Source: an uncultured virus (IMG/VR IMGVR_UViG_3300045596_000200)
Taxonomy: Duplodnaviria > Heunggongvirae > Uroviricota > Caudoviricetes
DNA length: 64,000 nt
Direction: 5' to 3' (one strand)
Virus record (IMG/VR): IMGVR_UViG_3300045596_000200
In this document: positions 58,929 to 64,000 of the stretch, in pieces
Numbering within the stretch: position 1 is the stretch's first letter
Layout: every line of letters starts with the position of its first letter
Program-made: the position numbers and the translations under genes
The notes under the pieces: model-generated
Told to the model about the DNA's origin: nothing
The model's database searches: none
Seen by the model: the letters and a program-made list of their open reading frames with translations, nothing else

Positions 58929-58957
58929 CGCTCAAACCCCGGTCCTTTCTCCAGTGG
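58929..58957 (+). promoter_or_regulatory. Repeated promoter-like motif, class 1, copy 4
   Basis: CGCTCAAA-N14-CCAGTGG. Confidence 0.65.
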
Positions 58958-58978
58958 AAAGCGACGGGAGGTGTTTTC

Positions 58979-59401
58979 ATGAACACAGAGCAAAAAGAAC
59001 AAATACGCAGCCTCCGCAAAGAAGGACACGGATATGCCGCGATAGCCCGTGCGCTCGGGCTCACCAAAAGCCAGGTATCGGCCTACTGCAGACGAAACGA
59101 CCTCGCCGGAAGGCTCGCCGATCCCGATGGAGGGAACACGCCGGGCCAGTCATACTGCCAATGCTGCGGGAAACCTCTCACGCAGCGACCCGGTCGGAAG
59201 GAAGCGAGGTTCTGCTCCGACGCCTGCCGCCTCAGATGGTGGAACAGCCACCCCGGCGACATCAACAGGAAGGCGTTCTACACATTCACCTGCGCCTGCT
59301 GCGGGAAACCCTTCACGGCCTATGGAAACCGCCACCGCAAGTACTGCTCCCACGTCTGCTACATCCAGGACCGGTTCAAAGGGGGTGACGGGCATGACTG
59401 A
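58979..59401 (+). CDS. HTH plus double zinc-finger protein
   Basis: GYAAIARALGL; CQCCG..FCSDAC; CACCG..YCSHVC. Confidence 0.75.
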   Translation: MNTEQKEQIRSLRKEGHGYAAIARALGLTKSQVSAYCRRNDLAGRLADPDGGNTPGQSYCQCCGKPLTQRPGRKEARFCSDACRLRWWNSHPGDINRKAFYTFTCACCGKPFTAYGNRHRKYCSHVCYIQDRFKGGDGHD

Positions 59402-59558
59402 CGAGCAGTTCGAACGCGAAAAACTCTATCAGGCCAGCATGGAGATGTTCCGCGCGATGCTGGGGCAGGGGCTCGTCACCGAGGAGGAATACGCGGTCAT
59501 CGATGCCAGAATGCGCGAGAAATACAGCCCGGTGATCGGCACACTGTCACCCCGGTAG
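59394..59558 (+). CDS. SHOCT-like small protein
   Basis: MLGQGLVTEEEY. Confidence 0.65.
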   Translation: MTDEQFEREKLYQASMEMFRAMLGQGLVTEEEYAVIDARMREKYSPVIGTLSPR

Positions 59559-59560
59559 CA

Positions 59561-59595
59561 CTTGCTATGTGTCTGTTTCAGAGTGATATATGGAC
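59561..59595 (+). promoter_or_regulatory. Repeated promoter-like motif, class 2, copy 4
   Basis: CTTGCTAT-N11-AGAGTGATATAT directly before recombinase 1. Confidence 0.65.
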
Positions 59596-59615
59596 GAGAC
59601 GAAAGGAGTGATACC

Positions 59616-61409
59616 ATGCCGAAAATCACAAAGATAGAGCCAAAGGTCAAGGCTCTTCCGGCGCGGAAAAAGGTGGCGGCATACGCCCGCGTGTCCATGG
59701 AGACCGAACGGCTTCACCACTCCCTCTCCGCGCAGATAAGCTATTACTCGGAGCTGATCCAGAAGAACCCGGAATGGCGATACGCAGGCGTCTACGCCGA
59801 TGAAGGCATCAGCGGCACCGGCACGGCGAGACGCCCGGAATTCCAGAGAATGCTCGAGGACTGCGAGGCCGGGAAAATCGACATCGTCCTCACCAAGAGC
59901 ATATCGCGGTTCGCCCGGAACACGGTCGACCTTCTGGAGGCCGTCCGGCATCTCAAGGACCTGGGCATCGAGGTTCGGTTCGAGAAGGAACACATCAATT
60001 CGCTGTCCGGCGACGGCGAGGTCATGCTGACACTGCTCGCCTCGTTCGCACAATCCGAATCCGAGAGCATCTCCACCAATGTGAAATGGGGAATCCGAAA
60101 GCGCATGCAGGCAGGCATTCCATACGCCAACGGCCACATGAACGTGTACGGCTACCGGTGGGAAGGTGACGAGATGGTCATCGTCCCTGAGGAGGCCGCG
60201 ATCGTGCGGCGCATCTACCAGAACTTCCTTGACGGGAAATCCCGGCAGGAAACAGAGAAGGAGTTCGCCGCCGAAGGCATCAAGACCAGAGGCGGCTACC
60301 GTTGGGTGGATTCCAACCTGAAGCTGATCCTCACGAACGTCACCTATACCGGCAACATGCTCTACCAGAAGGAATACGTCTCCGATCCCATCACCGGAAA
60401 GGTCAAGAAGAACCACGGCGAGCTGCAGCAATACTACGTGGAGAACACGCATCCCGCCATCATCGACAAAGAGACATTCGACTACGTACAGGCTGAGATG
60501 GCACGGCGCAGGGAGCTCGGCTGCTTTGGCAACAAAGCGCTCACGCTCAACTGCTTCTCCACGAAAATCAAATGCGGACTGTGCGGACGGAGCTTCGTCC
60601 GTTCCACAAGAACAAACCGCGCAAAGATGAGCCTGCTCGGCGAGAAATATACCTTCTGGGCCTGCACATCCCATAAAAGGAACAACTGCCCGTATTGCAA
60701 GAGCGGAACCATCCGCGAGGACGTACTGAAAGAGGAATGCGCCCGGATGCTCGGAACACCGGAATTCGACGAGGATGCCTTCAGCGAACGCGTGAAGCAG
60801 ATCACCATACCCGAGGCCGGGACCATGATCTTCGAGTTCACGGACGGAAGCACTCTTGAACACCACTGGTACCGGAACGCGAAAAAGGAAAGCTGGACGG
60901 ACGCTCACAGGAAAAGAGCCTCCGAATACAGGAAACGGCATCCGACGACCCGCAGCGACATCACCTGCTTCACCACGAAGATCCGATGCGAGGAATGCGA
61001 CTGCAACTACCGCAAGCAGACCACGACCATGGCAGACGGACATAAAAACGCCTACTGGTCATGCGCCGACAAGAAAACGCATCCCGGGAAAAGCCTGCGT
61101 GAGGATCATCTGAAGGAAATCATCGCACAGGTGCTGGGTCTTGAGGAATTCGGCGAGGAAGCATTCAAGGAACGCATCGACTTCATCTCGGTCCGTGGGC
61201 TGACGCATCTTACATTCCATCTCAAAGATGGCTCGACTGTCAAACGCGACTACGAATTCCGTAAGGAAGGCATCCCATGGACGGACGAGCGCCGCGAAAA
61301 GCAGACCAAAGCCATCCGGGATAGCCTCACGCCGGAACGCAGGCAGAAAACCAGCGAAAGTACGAAGAAAACAAGGAGTGAGAAACATTGGGACAGCAAA
61401 AGAAAGTGA
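59616..61409 (+). CDS. Large serine recombinase 1 (two zinc-ribbon repeats)
   Basis: YARVS, DEGISG, KSISRFARN; KIKCGLCG and KIRCEECD. Confidence 0.92.
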   Translation: MPKITKIEPKVKALPARKKVAAYARVSMETERLHHSLSAQISYYSELIQKNPEWRYAGVYADEGISGTGTARRPEFQRMLEDCEAGKIDIVLTKSISRFARNTVDLLEAVRHLKDLGIEVRFEKEHINSLSGDGEVMLTLLASFAQSESESISTNVKWGIRKRMQAGIPYANGHMNVYGYRWEGDEMVIVPEEAAIVRRIYQNFLDGKSRQETEKEFAAEGIKTRGGYRWVDSNLKLILTNVTYTGNMLYQKEYVSDPITGKVKKNHGELQQYYVENTHPAIIDKETFDYVQAEMARRRELGCFGNKALTLNCFSTKIKCGLCGRSFVRSTRTNRAKMSLLGEKYTFWACTSHKRNNCPYCKSGTIREDVLKEECARMLGTPEFDEDAFSERVKQITIPEAGTMIFEFTDGSTLEHHWYRNAKKESWTDAHRKRASEYRKRHPTTRSDITCFTTKIRCEECDCNYRKQTTTMADGHKNAYWSCADKKTHPGKSLREDHLKEIIAQVLGLEEFGEEAFKERIDFISVRGLTHLTFHLKDGSTVKRDYEFRKEGIPWTDERREKQTKAIRDSLTPERRQKTSESTKKTRSEKHWDSKRK

Positions 61410-62971
61410 CCACGATCCCGGCGTCCCGTACGCGCTTTTCCTCCACTCCCATCACCGAGAAGAAAAAACGCAGGGTCGCCGGATACGCCCGCGTCTCGAC
61501 CGACCATGACGACCAGTTCACCAGCTACGAGGCGCAGATCGACTACTACACGAACTACATCAAATCCCGTGACGACTGGGAGTTCGTGAACGTCTACACG
61601 GACGAGGGAATCAGCGGAACCGGCATCAAGAAGCGTATTGGCTTCCAGAGCATGGTCGAGGACGCCCTCGACGGAAAGATCGACCTCATCGTCACCAAGT
61701 CCGTCAGCCGATTCGCCAGAAACACCGTGGACAGCCTGACCACGATCCGCAAGCTCAAGGATCATGGCGTCGAGTGCTATTTTGAGAAGGAGAACATCTG
61801 GACGTTCGACGGCAAGGGCGAGCTTCTCATCACGATCATGAGCTCCCTCGCGCAGGAGGAATCCCGCAGCATTTCGGAGAACTGCACCTGGGGCCAGCGG
61901 AAACGTTTCGCGGACGGCAAGGTGACGGTCCCGTTCAACCGGTTCCTCGGATACGACCGCGGCCCGAACGGGGAACTCGTCCTAAACGAGAAGGAAGCCG
62001 AGACCGTGAAACGCATTTACCGAATGTTCCTTCAGGGCATGACCTACAACGGGATCGCCAAGAAGCTGGCCGCGGACGGCATCAAGACGCCGGGCGGCAA
62101 GAACAATTGGAGCATCAGCACCGTCAGATCCATCCTCTCCAACGAGAAATACAAGGGCGACGCCCTATTGCAGAAGTCCTACACCGTCGACTACCTGACG
62201 AAGAAGACGAAGGTCAACGAGGGCGAGATCCCGCAATACTACGTGGAGGGCGACCACGAGGCCATCATCCCTCCGGAGACCTTCGACATGGTCCAGCGCG
62301 AGATGGAGAACCGCGGCAAGGGGAAGAAATACCACAGCGGCGTACACCAGTTCTCCAGCAAGATCCGGTGCGGAGAGTGCGGCTCCTTCTACGGCTCGAA
62401 GGTCTGGCACTCGAACGACAAATACCGTAAGGTCATCTGGCACTGCAACCACAAGTACGACCACGGGGAGAAATGCAGAACACCTGCCTTGACGGACGAC
62501 GAGGTGAAGGCCGCCTTCCTGTCAGCCGCGAACAAGCTCCTCGCCTCGAAAGCCGAGGTCATCTCCAACGGCAAGGAGATGCTTGGACTGCTCTTCCAGA
62601 CCAACGAGATGGAGCAGAAACGCGAGCGTCTGATCGAGGACGCGCAGATCGTCGCCGACGCCGGCCAACAGAACATCACGGAGAACGCCCACACCGCGCT
62701 CGACCAGACCGACTACCAGAAACGCTACGACGACCTTTCCGCCCGGTACGACAAGCTCAAGAAGGAAATCACTGAGCTGAGCGACAGGATACAGGAAACG
62801 CAGTCCCGGAAAGCCGGTGTCGAGGACTTCCTCAAGGCATTCGAGAAAACGCCCGGCACCCTGACGGAATTCTCCGTCGACGCCTTCAACGGACTGGTCG
62901 ACCATCTCACCGTCCATGCCAAGGACGACATACGCGTGACCTTCCGGAACGGACAGGAAATCAAGGCATAA
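61388..62971 (+). CDS. Large serine recombinase 2
   Basis: YARVS, KSVSRFARN, KIRCGECG, coiled coil, VTFRNG. Confidence 0.93.
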   Translation: MGQQKKVTTIPASRTRFSSTPITEKKKRRVAGYARVSTDHDDQFTSYEAQIDYYTNYIKSRDDWEFVNVYTDEGISGTGIKKRIGFQSMVEDALDGKIDLIVTKSVSRFARNTVDSLTTIRKLKDHGVECYFEKENIWTFDGKGELLITIMSSLAQEESRSISENCTWGQRKRFADGKVTVPFNRFLGYDRGPNGELVLNEKEAETVKRIYRMFLQGMTYNGIAKKLAADGIKTPGGKNNWSISTVRSILSNEKYKGDALLQKSYTVDYLTKKTKVNEGEIPQYYVEGDHEAIIPPETFDMVQREMENRGKGKKYHSGVHQFSSKIRCGECGSFYGSKVWHSNDKYRKVIWHCNHKYDHGEKCRTPALTDDEVKAAFLSAANKLLASKAEVISNGKEMLGLLFQTNEMEQKRERLIEDAQIVADAGQQNITENAHTALDQTDYQKRYDDLSARYDKLKKEITELSDRIQETQSRKAGVEDFLKAFEKTPGTLTEFSVDAFNGLVDHLTVHAKDDIRVTFRNGQEIKA

Positions 62972-63464
62972 GAACAGCCTGGCTATCGAGCAAAGAGTGC
63001 CGATGGCCAGACTGTTCTCCGTCTATTGCAAAAACGTGAAATATGGCATCTGATCTTCGTGATCTGATGTCAGACCGATACAATCCAAAGCTGAATCTCC
63101 TGAGAAGCCTGGCGTAAGCCTCCAAATTATAAGACTCGTCTAAGCTCAGAATCAGGTAACGTTCCCCGCCGTCTACTATCCAGGAATCGGCCCTGTGATA
63201 ACCATTCCTCTCATAGAACGCGAGCCGCCTCTCCCGCTGCACAGCATTGACGGCCTTTGGGTCAGGCATTTCGACGTTCAGGAAAACATCCTCTCTGCGA
63301 TAAGTGCCGTAGCATTCAAGAATCTGCTTGCCTATGGCTTCCGGATTGCAGTTGTATGCCCGATGCAGGAGGTACACGAAATCCGGTGTGATGATACGGC
63401 TGTGATTCTTGTCGTAGAGATACCGCCGATACTCCTCATACTGTTTATTCGTGATGCTGTGCAT
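62961..63464 (-). CDS. Hypothetical protein with a partial GNAT-like C-terminus (possibly chimeric)
   Basis: LNVEMPDP...QRERRLAFYERNGY; lower GC than neighbours. Confidence 0.45.
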   Translation of the reverse strand: MHSITNKQYEEYRRYLYDKNHSRIITPDFVYLLHRAYNCNPEAIGKQILECYGTYRREDVFLNVEMPDPKAVNAVQRERRLAFYERNGYHRADSWIVDGGERYLILSLDESYNLEAYARLLRRFSFGLYRSDIRSRRSDAIFHVFAIDGEQSGHRHSLLDSQAVLMP

Positions 63465-63545
63465 GCGCTTTTCCCTTATATACAAAAATTCGCCGGTCAT
63501 GTAACCGACGTTCAAAGCGACACCCCTGAATGAAAACCGACACCC

Positions 63546-64000
63546 CTATGCACATGCAACGTTGAATTGTATCCAATTTTGCGTCTTGTTTTCGTAGACG
63601 CGCCCGTGGTAAGGCTCGATGATTTCGACCAGCGTCTTGACTATGCAGGTGGGCGTGTAGAATTCGCCGGCGTTCTTGCCCTCCTGCTCGGCGAACTTGG
63701 CCAGGCAGTACTCGTAGGTACGACCCAGCACGTCCTGCGTGCCGTCCTTGCCGGCCATCTTCACGTTGGTGAACAGGTCGACGACATCGCCCAGCATGCG
63801 CTTGTCGAGCTCCTGACGGGCGAAGTTCTTGGGGAGGATGCCCTTGAGCGCCTTGTTCTCCGTCTCGATCTCGCGCATGGCCTCGTCGATGACCTTGCCA
63901 ATCTCGGGCGTGTGCGCCGCCTTCGCGATCTCCTCCCAGCGGGCTCCCTTCGGGACCCAGAAGATGTTCTCGAAGCTGTACTCGTCGCGGTCCTCCTCGA
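63546..64000 (-). pseudogene. hsdM: 5' part of the island hsdM (starts beyond the window), truncated by the prophage
   Basis: LKGILPK, LGRTYEYCL, GEFYTP...EPYHGRVY, then 15 phage-derived codons and a stop. Confidence 0.92.
63567..63610. other. Right prophage attachment junction (core TC at 63592-63593)
   Basis: hsdM homology breaks after GRVY; inner arm GTATCCAATTTTGCGTCTTGTTT. Confidence 0.85.

Larger units (their letters stand above)
9777..63593. mobile_element. Apparently complete siphovirus prophage (~53.8 kb) integrated in hsdM
   Basis: Replication, packaging, head, tail, lysis and serine recombinase modules lie between two halves of hsdM that rejoin in frame. Confidence 0.93.
63..64000. 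mobile_element. tRNA-Met-integrated genomic (defence) island; far end outside the window
   Basis: tRNA 3' fragment, adjacent tyrosine integrase and R-M cargo; the second att site is not seen. Confidence 0.6.

Overview
This window holds three nested mobile layers. (1) It begins at the attachment end of a genomic island: the 3' half of a tRNA-Met with its terminator, next to a tyrosine integrase. The high-GC flanking genes look Coriobacteriia-like, which is an inference. (2) The island carries an ORF6N protein, a YraN-like nuclease, a nucleotidyltransferase plus partner gene, and a phase-variable Type I R-M locus with four AAATGATTATTTG recombination sites, spare TRD cassettes and a tyrosine recombinase. 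(3) The hsdM of that locus is split exactly at its SAM-binding motif (GRVY|DPCCGSGG) by a ~53.8 kb, apparently complete siphovirus prophage (9777-63593). The junctions show a duplicated TC dinucleotide and an imperfect inverted-repeat attP, and the phage encodes two tandem large serine recombinases. The phage's left arm is a ~13.6 kb defence operon: an NBR1-Ig protein, an HTH protein, its own hsdM-hsdS-hsdR (hsdR frameshifted in a G6 run), Hachiman-like hamA-hamB and a GmrSD with an extra C-terminal domain. The rest is a sigma-like regulator, PolA/primase/SNF2 replication genes, HK97-type head, tail and lysis genes. Two families of exact-register repeated promoter-like motifs are visible, and no classical CI repressor was recognised. 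All family assignments come from motif recognition by eye, not from database searches.
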